Positions 47,857 through 56,600 of a stretch of DNA of 58,517 bases are shown here, piece by piece (position 1 is the stretch's first letter; the number at the start of each line of letters is the position of its first letter). The notes under the pieces were generated by a model, which was not told the DNA's origin, did not search any database, and saw only the letters and a program-made list of their open reading frames with translations. Source of the stretch: an uncultured Candidatus Saccharibacteria bacterium (GTDB taxonomy: Bacteria > Patescibacteriota > Saccharimonadia > CAILAD01 > GCA-016700035); assembly GCA_964583675.1 (NCBI GenBank), contig CAZOVH010000004.1:39275-97791 (forward strand), read 5' to 3'. A program made the translations under genes and the position numbers.

Positions 47857-49194
47857 CTATAAACCAAGTGATTCGTTGAGCGCAGATTGAGTGCTCGTGA
47901 CAGTAACGCCAGAGTTTTTTACCAGCTGCAACTGACGCTGCAATGTAGCCGGGCTCACGCTCCAAGCATTCTTAGTATCTCCCGCCAACTCATGCCAAAC
48001 TAAAATCAGCCAGCCATTTGATGCTTTTGCGGCATTGAGTGCGGCAACTATCTCTGCATCGGCTGTAGTATTCAGAACAATAAAGCTGTTTAGGTTATAG
48101 CGATCAAAATTTGCTTTGGTGTTGGCGATTGGTTCGCAGTTACGTGAGCTCTGATAGAGCGTTTTTGCAACACCAACTACGCTTGCATTTGATTCACAGT
48201 ATGGGGTAGCAAGAAGTTTTGTTGGCTCACCTAATAGCGCATCGAGGTAATTCTTACTAGTGGTCAACTCGTTGGTCATTTGAGTAACTCCAAGGCTTGG
48301 TAAACTTGGGTGAGAAACTGTATGGCTACCAATATCGCCACGATGGTTCCAGTCTTGTATTTGTGCGGGCGTCATATACGTGCCATTGCCGTAGTTAACA
48401 TTATTTTTTGCGGTGTCGGTAATGATGTACTGAGTAGGCTTCCAACCAAAGCTTTCTACAAGCGGCAAACCATATTGATATGCAGTCGTCCAGCCATCAT
48501 CAAATTCGATGGACACGAGCGGGCGTGAAAAAGGTGCGCTTGAAGTTGGTGGGGTCGGAGAAACAGTTGGAGTCGGACTTACCGTAGGAGTTGGACTTAC
48601 GGTTGGCGTAGGACTCACAGAAGTCGTTGGGCTTGTGGTTGGCGTTGGCGAGGTCGATCCAGGTGTTGCAGCACTGAGCGCATAATTATCTGTCTGTAGC
48701 CAGCCATTTCGAGCGATTAAGTGATATACCCGAACTCTTTTTGCCCCCTGCGGAACAGTGAGCTTAGCTGTTGTTTGCTTCCATGTGGCCTTACTTGCAG
48801 CAATATCTTTGAGCCAAAGATATTGTGTAGAGCCATCCTGCATTTCTATCTCTGCGTCAATTTCCGTGCGCACATTAGACTTGTACCGGTTCGAAAAAAT
48901 ATAGGTTGCACCGGCCTGCACGTCAACGGCAGCCGGCGTCCAGCGCGCATCGCCAGAAACATAGTTTGTCACCTTAACATACCCAGAACGAGCACCATCT
49001 TGTGCCCCGATAGTTGGCAGTGTAAAAACCGCTTTTAAATTACCCCAACTATCCGAACTAAAATTGCTAGCTTCGGTAGCAGTGCCCGCCTCCAGCGAAT
49101 TATTTACTATCAAATTGCCCGCAGCCTGAGTTTTCGATGCAACTAAAATCAGCCCCATTACAATTGCGGTGGCCATAAGTATCCTGATCTTCAT
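47857..49194 (-). CDS. secreted polysaccharide deacetylase (NodB/CE4) with N-terminal carbohydrate-binding-like domain and Pro/Thr linker
   Basis: Signal peptide, IEFDDGW and HTVSHPSL NodB motifs, and a (SPTPTV)n linker. Confidence 0.8.
   Translation of the reverse strand: MKIRILMATAIVMGLILVASKTQAAGNLIVNNSLEAGTATEASNFSSDSWGNLKAVFTLPTIGAQDGARSGYVKVTNYVSGDARWTPAAVDVQAGATYIFSNRYKSNVRTEIDAEIEMQDGSTQYLWLKDIAASKATWKQTTAKLTVPQGAKRVRVYHLIARNGWLQTDNYALSAATPGSTSPTPTTSPTTSVSPTPTVSPTPTVSPTPTVSPTPPTSSAPFSRPLVSIEFDDGWTTAYQYGLPLVESFGWKPTQYIITDTAKNNVNYGNGTYMTPAQIQDWNHRGDIGSHTVSHPSLPSLGVTQMTNELTTSKNYLDALLGEPTKLLATPYCESNASVVGVAKTLYQSSRNCEPIANTKANFDRYNLNSFIVLNTTADAEIVAALNAAKASNGWLILVWHELAGDTKNAWSVSPATLQRQLQLVKNSGVTVTSTQSALNESLGL
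48545..48655. repeat. imperfect 18-nt tandem repeat encoding the Pro/Thr/Ser/Val linker
   Basis: Repeated GTTGGACTTACGGTTGGC-like units that translate to SPTPTV repeats on the minus strand. Confidence 0.8.
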
Positions 49195-49298
49195 ATCCCC
49201 TCCTATGAAAGTTCTGTACCTAGTATGGTCGTAAAAAAATACAAAACCTAGACGACAAAAAACGAACCTGTGCGAAGCACGAGCAAATACGTGTTCGC

Positions 49299-49328
49299 AA
49301 AAAAAAGAACCTCACAGATGTGGGTTCT
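49299..49328 (-). terminator. minus-strand terminator (second of two tandem hairpin modules)
   Basis: Minus strand reads AGAACCCAC-atct-GTGAGGTTCT (one bulge) followed by T8. A similar module lies at 49272-49298. Confidence 0.6.
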
Positions 49329-49340
49329 AAAATAATTACT

Positions 49341-49820
49341 ATGGTGGACATACTGAGTCGTCTTTCGCGGTCACACCGCGATCTGGAAAAACGAACCGTA
49401 AGCGGAATCCATACGAACAATCGATGGATTGGATCGGAGAAGCCGGCGGATCGGAAGCAGACCAGGAGAGTCACTCACCTGCTGCCCGAGCTGGCTGCGG
49501 AGATCGTGGAGCGCTACCAGACCGGATCACTCATTCGTGAGCTAGCAGAAGAGTATGGAGTACACCGCTCTACCGTGATGGCCTACTTACGGCGAGCTGG
49601 GATACCGAAGTACTCCGGGTGGAGTGAGAAGACCGCTGCCGAGGCAGCTCGGCTCTACGAGTCTGGACTCACGATTGCGGAAGTGGCAGCTCGGGTGAAC
49701 CACTCACCTACGACTGTCGGACGGAAGCTACGAGAGGCCGGCGTGAAGATGCGGCCGAAGGGGTTTCAGGCGGCTAGGTCATTCGGTGATATAATTAATG
49801 AAGTAAATATAGGATACTAA
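49341..49820 (+). CDS. DNA-binding protein with two tandem helix-turn-helix units (resolvase/sigma-region-4-like)
   Basis: LIRELAEEYGVHRSTVMAYLRRAGI and TIAEVAARVNHSPTTVGRKLREAGV. High G+C except for an AT-rich last 35 nt. ATG at 49341 preferred over GTG at 49320. Confidence 0.6.
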   Translation: MVDILSRLSRSHRDLEKRTVSGIHTNNRWIGSEKPADRKQTRRVTHLLPELAAEIVERYQTGSLIRELAEEYGVHRSTVMAYLRRAGIPKYSGWSEKTAAEAARLYESGLTIAEVAARVNHSPTTVGRKLREAGVKMRPKGFQAARSFGDIINEVNIGY

Positions 49821-50337
49821 CACCATCTCGCTCCACTTAGTCACCCGCAAAGATAAAGAGTCCAACTTAGCGTTCGCCATTCGAATCATCATTCAGTCAG
49901 TTGGACTGATTCTATTCCTAGTTTTATCTGTTTTCGGCCTCTACAAGCTTGGCTTAGGTTCCTACATTCCGAACATCGATCAGTTCAACACCAAACTGAG
50001 CGATCCCATTGACCGTTTTGTTCCAGCCGATGTCAAGGTAACCAGAAGACCCGGAACGAGTTGTGGCGTTGGCATATTCAGTGACTATTCATGCATTCGA
50101 TTATGGGAGTTCACAGCACCGAACGGCGTGACCGCTCATGCAGCAGCTAAGTCGATACTGGATGAAGCTAGGAAACAAGGCTGGTACGTTGAAGCCGAAG
50201 GTACAACCACAAAAGGTTCAAACTCCACATGGAGCGTAAGTGGAACTAAGAATAACCTCCGCCTCTTTATTGTCGCTACCAGCAATGATGACCGAAGAGA
50301 TACCACATCCTCGGTCAGAGTGAGCATCCACGACTAG
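49813..50337 (+). CDS. open reading frame for a single-TM protein with no canonical start codon before codon 106 (possible pseudogene or truncated gene)
   Basis: Hand translation shows the frame is open from 49813. It contains a TM segment (IRIIIQSVGLILFLVLSVFGLY). The first ATG/GTG/TTG in frame is the GTG at 50128. Confidence 0.4.
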   Translation, partial: DTNTISLHLVTRKDKESNLAFAIRIIIQSVGLILFLVLSVFGLYKLGLGSYIPNIDQFNTKLSDPIDRFVPADVKVTRRPGTSCGVGIFSDYSCIRLWEFTAPNGVTAHAAAKSILDEARKQGWYVEAEGTTTKGSNSTWSVSGTKNNLRLFIVATSNDDRRDTTSSVRVSIHD

Positions 50338-50387
50338 AAGACATACCGGCAAATTCTAGCGTTGACATGATGTATTGGATATGCGAA

Positions 50388-50420
50388 GACGAAAGTAGAC
50401 CCTTGCACAGGGTCTACGTC
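50388..50420. terminator. strong hairpin between the island ORF and tRNA-Met
   Basis: GTAGACCCT-tgcac-AGGGTCTAC (9 bp), extended by GAC/GTC. Confidence 0.55.
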
Positions 50421-50485
50421 TTGAATATCATCTGCCCGATAGCTCCTTAGCAAAGCCAGGAGTCGGGTTTCCATTGGTGTCTTCT

Positions 50486-50562
50486 TGGTGGCTGCGGGTG
50501 GATTTGAACCACCGACCTCTGGCTTATGAGTCCATTGCTCTGACCAACTGAGCTACGCAGCC
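50486..50562 (-). tRNA. elongator tRNA-Met (anticodon CAT), CCA encoded
   Basis: GGCTGCG/CGCAGCC acceptor and CTCATAA loop. The 5' half closely resembles my recollection of E. coli metT (not checked against a reference). The anticodon stem has 3 Watson-Crick pairs flanked by A-G mismatches. Confidence 0.8.
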
Positions 50563-50635
50563 GTATAAAACTGTGAAACGAACTGCATTATCATACCAGA
50601 TATTTAACAGATTGGCTAGGGCTACTGATTCGGGT

Positions 50636-53059
50636 TTAACCGCTAGTCGAGCTTGGCTTACTGACCACAAAACTTATGCGGTATTTAAAGAGCGGAATGG
50701 TTACAACTCGCAAGTGATGCCAGATTGTATAACGCACACTCGGATCCTGCTCAACGAGCGGCTTGCGATGTCTCTGCCAGTCATACACAACGTATATTGC
50801 CGTAAAAAGCAGTGCGAGCGGAACTGGCAAAAACCAATAAGGAATGCCTGTTTCCGGCAAAATTGTGGCCACAAGAGTTGGATTTGCTAGTCCGACCGGA
50901 TCAACAATGAGACCATTTTCTTGACCATCATCATCCAAAGCGCCACCATCGGTAATACTATATGTAAGCTTAATTGCTTTCTCGCCACCTATTTCTTCCT
51001 CCGTTAAAGCTGCTCCATCGATGGTAACGAAGTTATTTGTAGCGGAGCGGAACTTACGCGGCTTAAATCCATTCACCCCCTCATCGGAAAACGTATACAT
51101 TGTGATGCTTGCCGTATCACCACGAGAACAGTTTAGGGTAAAGTCCGTCAGGCCAAATGGATATTGATACCCATTGTCTCGTGCGTTCAACGCCGCAAAC
51201 TCGAGAACTGCTACGTTACTATTTTCACGACAGCCAGTTACGGCAAAAGTTATATAGTGATCGCCGTTCACGTCAACAAAAGAGCTAACTGTTGGCTGTA
51301 GTTTATCGGCGGTGCCGTCTTCATTCCCATCTCCATTGTTTGGAGCGCCATCTTCCACTACATCTGAAATTCCATCAGCATCAGCATCTGTCGCGGAACC
51401 AATCTCCACGTTTTGCGCAAACTCACTTGTTGAGCCGAAACCGGTTGATGAAGCCCCATCAATAGCCGTTGTGGTTGCCGATAGGGCCTTGTTTGCATAA
51501 TCACCACTCACCGCAAGATTCGCAGTTAGGTTCGTGCCCGGACTCACAGTAACAGCACCAATAAACTCCTTACCTGGTCCATAGCCAAAAATAGTAGATG
51601 AGTCATTCGCAAAAAATTCCACTCTGTAACTATTTGACGGACTATCGGCAGCATCAAGATCATAATTTACAGCAATTTGACCACCTGTCTGTTTCGCCGA
51701 ATTAAGCTGAGGGGAGTTTATTCTTCCATTGGCACCTGTATCTGCATCTCCAGAATCATTCTCATTGGGTCCATACTGCTCAAACACATCGGGAACAAAA
51801 TCAGCCGGATCGCCGGTATCGGTTTGACGCGAAATATCGATACCCAAATTGCTGTTACCAAAAACATTCAGAGAAAAAACCCCAATATCAGAAATACTAT
51901 TCCCCAATATACTGAGCCTCTGCCCAGATAGTTCATAGGATATGGTTGGCAGATTAAACACACTAACATTTACCCCAAATCCCTTAATTCCCTTGATGAG
52001 ATTACCTTCACCAGCATTTGTGCCACCCAGTTTATTCTGGTCGCCCATAGAATTTATAACTCCTGCTCCATTCGTAAAACTAGGATTAATATTTCCGGCA
52101 TAATCAGTCCCGATATAATTTCCCTGCACAACATTATTATCTGAACTAAATATTACATTCGCGGTATTGCCACTAATAACATTGCGTTGGCCTGTATTCG
52201 GTCCGCCAACAATGTTGCCGCCGTCATTAGTCATATTAATGCCGAAAGAAAACGGAGGATTTAATCCATTAGCATCGGCTGCTTCAGGTGTTAAATCTGT
52301 AACACCATCTTTTCCAATTCCAATATAATTTCCGTAAACTTCTGAGGCAGAACCAGCAACAAAGATTGCAGCACTAGCGCTATCGTCTGATTTTGCATAA
52401 ATCACATTGCGATCCTCGGGATTTATACCTCCTACCAAAGCACCCGTGGAGATTAAGCCTAACGCCGCATCATTTCTTGCTGGGCCAGGTGTAATTCCGT
52501 CTGCTTTTACACCCAAATAATTACCCTGAACTATGGCATTTGCAGCTAATACAGTTATTGCGCGATTCAATGCACCCCCATCTGTGATGCCACCAAAGTT
52601 AAAAATTGAAAGCCCCTGAACAATGCAACTAGCAGCTGGAATATTTAAGCCCGAAGCAGTGCCTACCGGCTGGCCATCACCGGATATGTTCTCGCCATTT
52701 ATTTCAACAAGAAGAGTACCGTTTAGTGGATTAGGTGCGGCGGCAGTGTTGGCACTTGCTCCTGGTTGTGTGTAGCCATCAATCCTTACCTTTTCTGTGA
52801 GTGCGGGTAATGCCGTACCAACGGTAATCGTCTTAACCCCAGAGCCAGGAATTGTAAACTCAATGACATCCATCGTAGCCGGGTTGCCATTGCTGTTGGC
52901 GTCATTAATAGCCTCACGCAATGACCCAGCACCTGAATCATTCGTGTTCGTCACGGTAAACGTAGCCGCATTTGCTTTGCCGACAAAAACCATGCTCAGT
53001 ATAAATACTGCGACCAGCGCAACACTCATCTGTGCAACGAACTTTTGTATACCTCTCAT
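50636..53059 (-). CDS. large sortase-anchored surface protein: CSLREA-type N-terminus, parallel beta-helix repeats, LPETG signal
   Basis: Signal peptide, TNTNDSGAGSLREAINDAN, many GNYIG/NVISGN repeats, and a C-terminal LPETG plus TM. Confidence 0.8.
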   Translation of the reverse strand: MRGIQKFVAQMSVALVAVFILSMVFVGKANAATFTVTNTNDSGAGSLREAINDANSNGNPATMDVIEFTIPGSGVKTITVGTALPALTEKVRIDGYTQPGASANTAAAPNPLNGTLLVEINGENISGDGQPVGTASGLNIPAASCIVQGLSIFNFGGITDGGALNRAITVLAANAIVQGNYLGVKADGITPGPARNDAALGLISTGALVGGINPEDRNVIYAKSDDSASAAIFVAGSASEVYGNYIGIGKDGVTDLTPEAADANGLNPPFSFGINMTNDGGNIVGGPNTGQRNVISGNTANVIFSSDNNVVQGNYIGTDYAGNINPSFTNGAGVINSMGDQNKLGGTNAGEGNLIKGIKGFGVNVSVFNLPTISYELSGQRLSILGNSISDIGVFSLNVFGNSNLGIDISRQTDTGDPADFVPDVFEQYGPNENDSGDADTGANGRINSPQLNSAKQTGGQIAVNYDLDAADSPSNSYRVEFFANDSSTIFGYGPGKEFIGAVTVSPGTNLTANLAVSGDYANKALSATTTAIDGASSTGFGSTSEFAQNVEIGSATDADADGISDVVEDGAPNNGDGNEDGTADKLQPTVSSFVDVNGDHYITFAVTGCRENSNVAVLEFAALNARDNGYQYPFGLTDFTLNCSRGDTASITMYTFSDEGVNGFKPRKFRSATNNFVTIDGAALTEEEIGGEKAIKLTYSITDGGALDDDGQENGLIVDPVGLANPTLVATILPETGIPYWFLPVPLALLFTAIYVVYDWQRHRKPLVEQDPSVRYTIWHHLRVVTIPLFKYRISFVVSKPSSTSG

Positions 53060-53091
53060 GCTCTTTCTATCTTAACAGAGCCAAAATGAAG

Positions 53092-53121
53092 ACACAAAAA
53101 AGAAGCCCACGAGTGGCTTCT
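53092..53121 (-). terminator. minus-strand terminator just upstream of the surface-protein gene
   Basis: AGAAGCC-7 nt-GGCTTCT followed by TTTTTTGTG on the minus strand. Confidence 0.6.
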
Positions 53122-53134
53122 TATGAATAAGTAC

Positions 53135-53144
53135 TTGGTAGCGG
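53135..53144. repeat. 10-nt copy of the tRNA-fMet 3' end
   Basis: TTGGTAGCGG at 53135-53144 and at 53279-53288. The latter includes the tRNA 3' terminal ...CCGCTACCA. Confidence 0.45.
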
Positions 53145-53249
53145 ATAGGACATATTCTTCAAGTGTGCTCGGAGCAAGCTCCTGTGCTCACTTTTTAAAT
53201 ATCGAACCCCTGCTTCGCAGAACGGTCAGAACCCTCTTGTCATTACCAA

Positions 53250-53271
53250 ACAAAAAGCCCCTGTTTGGGGC
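53250..53271 (-). terminator. terminator of tRNA-fMet
   Basis: Minus strand reads GCCCC-aaaca-GGGGC followed by TTTTTGTTT, starting 9 nt after the CCA end. Confidence 0.7.
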
Positions 53272-53279
53272 ACTTTGTT

Positions 53280-53355
53280 TGGTAGCGGGGGCAGGATTCG
53301 AACCTGCGACCTTCGGGTTATGAGCCCGACGAGCTGCCAGCTGCTCCACCCCGCG
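53280..53355 (-). tRNA. initiator tRNA-fMet (anticodon CAT), CCA encoded
   Basis: Three consecutive G-C pairs closing the anticodon loop (TCGGG-CTCATAA-CCCGA). Position 1-72 is unpaired (C1/U72). The 5' half is nearly identical to my recollection of E. coli tRNA-fMet (not checked against a reference). Confidence 0.9.
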
Positions 53356-53366
53356 ACGTAATGAGT

Positions 53367-53395
53367 ATTTTACAGACTTGTGGGTGTTTTGTCAA
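53367..53395 (-). promoter_or_regulatory. consensus promoter of tRNA-fMet
   Basis: Minus strand reads TTGACA, a 17-nt spacer, then TAAAAT, ending 11 nt before the tRNA 5' end. Confidence 0.7.
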
Positions 53396-53402
53396 TCTCT
53401 AA

Positions 53403-53804
53403 TTACTGTGCGCCAAAGAGAAAATCACCCCATTCTTCCAGATGTGACTTTTGTGGAAGACTCGCCTGCTGACTACTCTCATCACTCATTTCTGCGCCCT
53501 TCTCGGCATCGCCACGTCCCACAACAACCACCTGCTCGCCAGGTGTTTGCAAGCCAAGTTTTTCGCGAGCAAAGCGCTCTTTGTATGCATCGCTTTGATA
53601 GTAGGCAATTTGTGCTTTCAGTGCATCGACATCATTTTCGAGCACTACAATTTCTTCTTCCACCTTATCTGCTTTCTCGCGGATTTGAGTGTTTCTGGCA
53701 CTTAAATTCACAAGCGCTGCCATCACATAGATGGTAGCAATTAATCCTACCCAAAAGGCCAAGCGAGTGTAGTCAAAAATCTTATCTTTTAGCGACGGCT
53801 TCAT
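53403..53804 (-). CDS. septum formation initiator (FtsB/DivIC family)
   Basis: N-terminal TM, a leucine-zipper-like coiled coil, and the ...YQSDAYKERFAREKLGL motif. Confidence 0.8.
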   Translation of the reverse strand: MKPSLKDKIFDYTRLAFWVGLIATIYVMAALVNLSARNTQIREKADKVEEEIVVLENDVDALKAQIAYYQSDAYKERFAREKLGLQTPGEQVVVVGRGDAEKGAEMSDESSQQASLPQKSHLEEWGDFLFGAQ

Positions 53805-53847
53805 GCCAATATTGTAGCATGCCTATCTGTTGACGAGCTGAGAACTC

Positions 53848-55464
53848 CTACCAGCTTCCGCCGCCGCCGCCGCCAGCGCCACCGCCAGAAAATCCACCGC
53901 CAGCGCCACCACTAGAGGACGGAGGTGTAGAGTGTGAGGCCACGCTGGTCGCAAAAGAATTCGACATTAAGCCAACAAAAAGTGCTGGGTTGGAGCCATT
54001 CACACCGTGATACCACCCGCGTGTCGCAGGCTCAATATCAATCCCCTCAAACTGCTTCGCCCACTGCCTTTCAACGCCCAAAGCAATCGCATAGGGCAAA
54101 AGCTTTGTAAATCGTTCTGGTGTTTTGTCTGGCGCCTCGGCAAACTTCATGCGGTCTTTTTCTGCAACATCCAAATAGAGCTTGAGCCCCTCAACCTGAG
54201 CCCAAACATCGTAACCCTTTTCGGTAAGGTTGTCGGGCGAAAAGGCTTTCTGCTTAGCCGCAAACAACCCAGCTGCCTGTAAGTCGATAAGCAACTGTGA
54301 GCGAACATTTTGCACAACTTTATACATGCTAGTCGGCTGTAAATCATCCACATACACAGCCTCGGTGGCAGCAAATACACCGAGCACGAGTATTTGTTCA
54401 GCGGCCGAGAGCTGGTCTTGAGAATTAGTACGCGTCAATAAGAAACGCTCCTTAGTACCAATAAGTTGCTTTTGCTGCTCATAACTAATCGTGATATGGC
54501 CACGACGCGCTAAGTCTATAAGCATGGCAGTAATCTCTCGACTGTCAGCAACCTCGTCAGACATCAGCCCAACTTGACCTGGTGTGAGTTTTGCAGGTGC
54601 TTCGTACTGCACAACAATGGTTTCTTGCTTACGTCGAGCGCTTCTAGCCATAGCACGGCGTACAAAAACAATCGCTACTCCACCAGCAATCAAGAAAGGT
54701 ATAAATGTCAGAAATTGGAAAAGGCCAAAAATTCCCGAGACCGCTCCACCATCGCCACTAGCAGGTTTAGTAGAGCTAACTACTGCGTACGCCGACTCGC
54801 TAAACACCCCTGGCTCGAGCACAAGATCCAAACTTAAACCCTCGCCAGCATCTAATGGCTGAGTGGAGTTCACTTGCACGCTCTGTCCATCGGAAGAAGC
54901 CTGCACGGTGCAATTCGTTTTCTTTGAGCCCTGTTTACCCGTAAAACACTGCCGGTCCAAGAGCTTGGCACCAATTGGCAATACTACGTCGCCTTTCACG
55001 CTCGTCGCACCAACCTCCCAGCCCGTCCCATGGATATTGAGAGTAATGTAATCACCTGCTGGATCTTTACGCACGACTGGGCTCAAGCTATATTCGATTA
55101 CATAGTTTTGGGTTCCACTAACCGTCTTATTAGCATCACCTATTTTTAGTCGCTCATACACCCCCGACTGAGATTGACTCGCCGGTTCTGAAGCACCATC
55201 GCGCGTCACGCTCTCGAGCTGAAAATCATAGTAGAGATATTTATCTTGGGCAATTTGTCCAACATAGGGAACGTCGCGAAAAATGCCATGTTTCTGCCCG
55301 CTAAACGCATAGCTAATTTCTTCGCGAAACTGAGCCACTCCATCTGTAGTTATTACGATATTATTTGAGATTGACTGGATTGACTCAGCACGAGCTGCCG
55401 AGGGAAGAGCCACGCAGCAAACAGCGACCATCACCGCAACACAGCGGCGAAGCCTTACTCCCAT
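53848..55464 (-). CDS. DUF2207-family membrane protein
   Basis: Signal peptide, a typical N-terminal DUF2207 pattern (V.E.I.Y.F.G..HGI.R..P), central TMs, and a Gly-rich GGGGGGSW C-terminus. Confidence 0.8.
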   Translation of the reverse strand: MGVRLRRCVAVMVAVCCVALPSAARAESIQSISNNIVITTDGVAQFREEISYAFSGQKHGIFRDVPYVGQIAQDKYLYYDFQLESVTRDGASEPASQSQSGVYERLKIGDANKTVSGTQNYVIEYSLSPVVRKDPAGDYITLNIHGTGWEVGATSVKGDVVLPIGAKLLDRQCFTGKQGSKKTNCTVQASSDGQSVQVNSTQPLDAGEGLSLDLVLEPGVFSESAYAVVSSTKPASGDGGAVSGIFGLFQFLTFIPFLIAGGVAIVFVRRAMARSARRKQETIVVQYEAPAKLTPGQVGLMSDEVADSREITAMLIDLARRGHITISYEQQKQLIGTKERFLLTRTNSQDQLSAAEQILVLGVFAATEAVYVDDLQPTSMYKVVQNVRSQLLIDLQAAGLFAAKQKAFSPDNLTEKGYDVWAQVEGLKLYLDVAEKDRMKFAEAPDKTPERFTKLLPYAIALGVERQWAKQFEGIDIEPATRGWYHGVNGSNPALFVGLMSNSFATSVASHSTPPSSSGGAGGGFSGGGAGGGGGGSW

Positions 55465-56600
55465 CTAAATACCAATGCAGCAATAATGTATACCACTACA
55501 CCCCACACCAAAAGACCGAGCAATTCTGTGTGTAACGAAAATAATGTTGCGCCTTCGGTAGCAATTTTGCGCAGTGCGTCCACTAAGAATGTAAGTGGTA
55601 ATAGGTTTGTGATGCTTTCAAGCCACTGTGGCAGACCTTCGCGCGGGAAAAATACGCCCGAGAGAAAGAGCATCGGAAACTGAATCAACTGAGCCACCGG
55701 CGTAGCTTGGTTTTCATCACGCGCCCAGCCAGCAATAGCAAAACCGATACCCAAAAATACTGCCGATCCTACTGCCGCAACAAAAAGAAAACTCAAGAGT
55801 GAACCAATAATGTTGGCGTCAAACAGCCACACGCCCAACGCTAAGAGCAGCAATACTTGCACGACAGAAATAACCAGCCTGCTCACACCCTGCGCCACCA
55901 CAAAGTACATTGGTCGGGTTGGGGTTGCCTGAATACGTCGTAGTTGCCCGGTAGTTTTGTAGGCTACAAAAGCGAAGGCTACTGCAAAAATCCCTAACTG
56001 CATAATCGACATTGCAATCACGCCCGGCAAAAAGAAATCTATTTGAGTGAGATTGTTTGTTTTTACTCCCTCAGACTTTACGCTCAAAACCGTTGGAGCC
56101 TGGGTGACCTGAGAATTTACGCCCGCTACAATCTGACTCAATATCAAATTGGTGGTTTGTCCGGCCTGTGGATTTGCTTCATTATAATAAGTCTGCACAG
56201 CGGTTGGAGTTAAGCTGCGGGTAGCCGGATCCGGTACACCAAAAGACTTTGGAATAATTACTTGCAAATCAGCTTGGCCACGCCCTAATTTATCTGCCGC
56301 CTCGCTTTCCGGAGCATCTGTTATGACAAAAGCATCAACTTCTTTTAGAGAGTCGACAAACTGGCGAGAAAGTTCGGTGTCACTGTAATTAGTAATAACG
56401 ATATCGGTCTTAAAATCGTTACTCTGAAACAGAAAACCAAAAACAAAAATCAAAATTACCGGAATAAACAGCGTGAAGAACACACCCGTAATATTACGGA
56501 AGTACATCTTCATACTAGCAACCGTCAGAGCATGAAGTGCAAAGAGGCGTCGCTTCACTAAAGAAACGCGAGATTCTTGACGGTTTGCAGACTTACTCAT
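55455..56600 (-). CDS. ABC-2 type transporter permease
   Basis: 6-TM ABC-2 layout with a large first extracytoplasmic loop. 4-nt overlap with the ATPase gene. Confidence 0.8.
   Translation of the reverse strand: MSKSANRQESRVSLVKRRLFALHALTVASMKMYFRNITGVFFTLFIPVILIFVFGFLFQSNDFKTDIVITNYSDTELSRQFVDSLKEVDAFVITDAPESEAADKLGRGQADLQVIIPKSFGVPDPATRSLTPTAVQTYYNEANPQAGQTTNLILSQIVAGVNSQVTQAPTVLSVKSEGVKTNNLTQIDFFLPGVIAMSIMQLGIFAVAFAFVAYKTTGQLRRIQATPTRPMYFVVAQGVSRLVISVVQVLLLLALGVWLFDANIIGSLLSFLFVAAVGSAVFLGIGFAIAGWARDENQATPVAQLIQFPMLFLSGVFFPREGLPQWLESITNLLPLTFLVDALRKIATEGATLFSLHTELLGLLVWGVVVYIIAALVFRWE

Noticed and set aside
48545-48655. 18-nt tandem repeats considered as a possible minisatellite or regulatory array.
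   Set aside because: They lie in frame within the deacetylase gene and encode a typical Pro/Thr linker.
49220-49474. 84-aa minus-strand ORF across the terminator hairpins and the HTH gene start.
   Set aside because: It spans two terminator-like hairpins and runs antisense to a motif-bearing gene, so it is not credible.
53122-53249. Possible second tRNA or SRP (4.5S) RNA on the minus strand, suggested by the repeated ...GCTACCA end and a CTGCGAAGCAG hairpin.
   Set aside because: I could not build an acceptor stem or T arm. The SRP domain IV consensus (GGAA tetraloop with AGCA symmetric loop) is absent. It is retained only as an unexplained segment in the findings.
53123-53323. 66-aa plus-strand ORF.
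   Set aside because: It overlaps the tRNA-fMet gene and its terminator, so it is an artefact.
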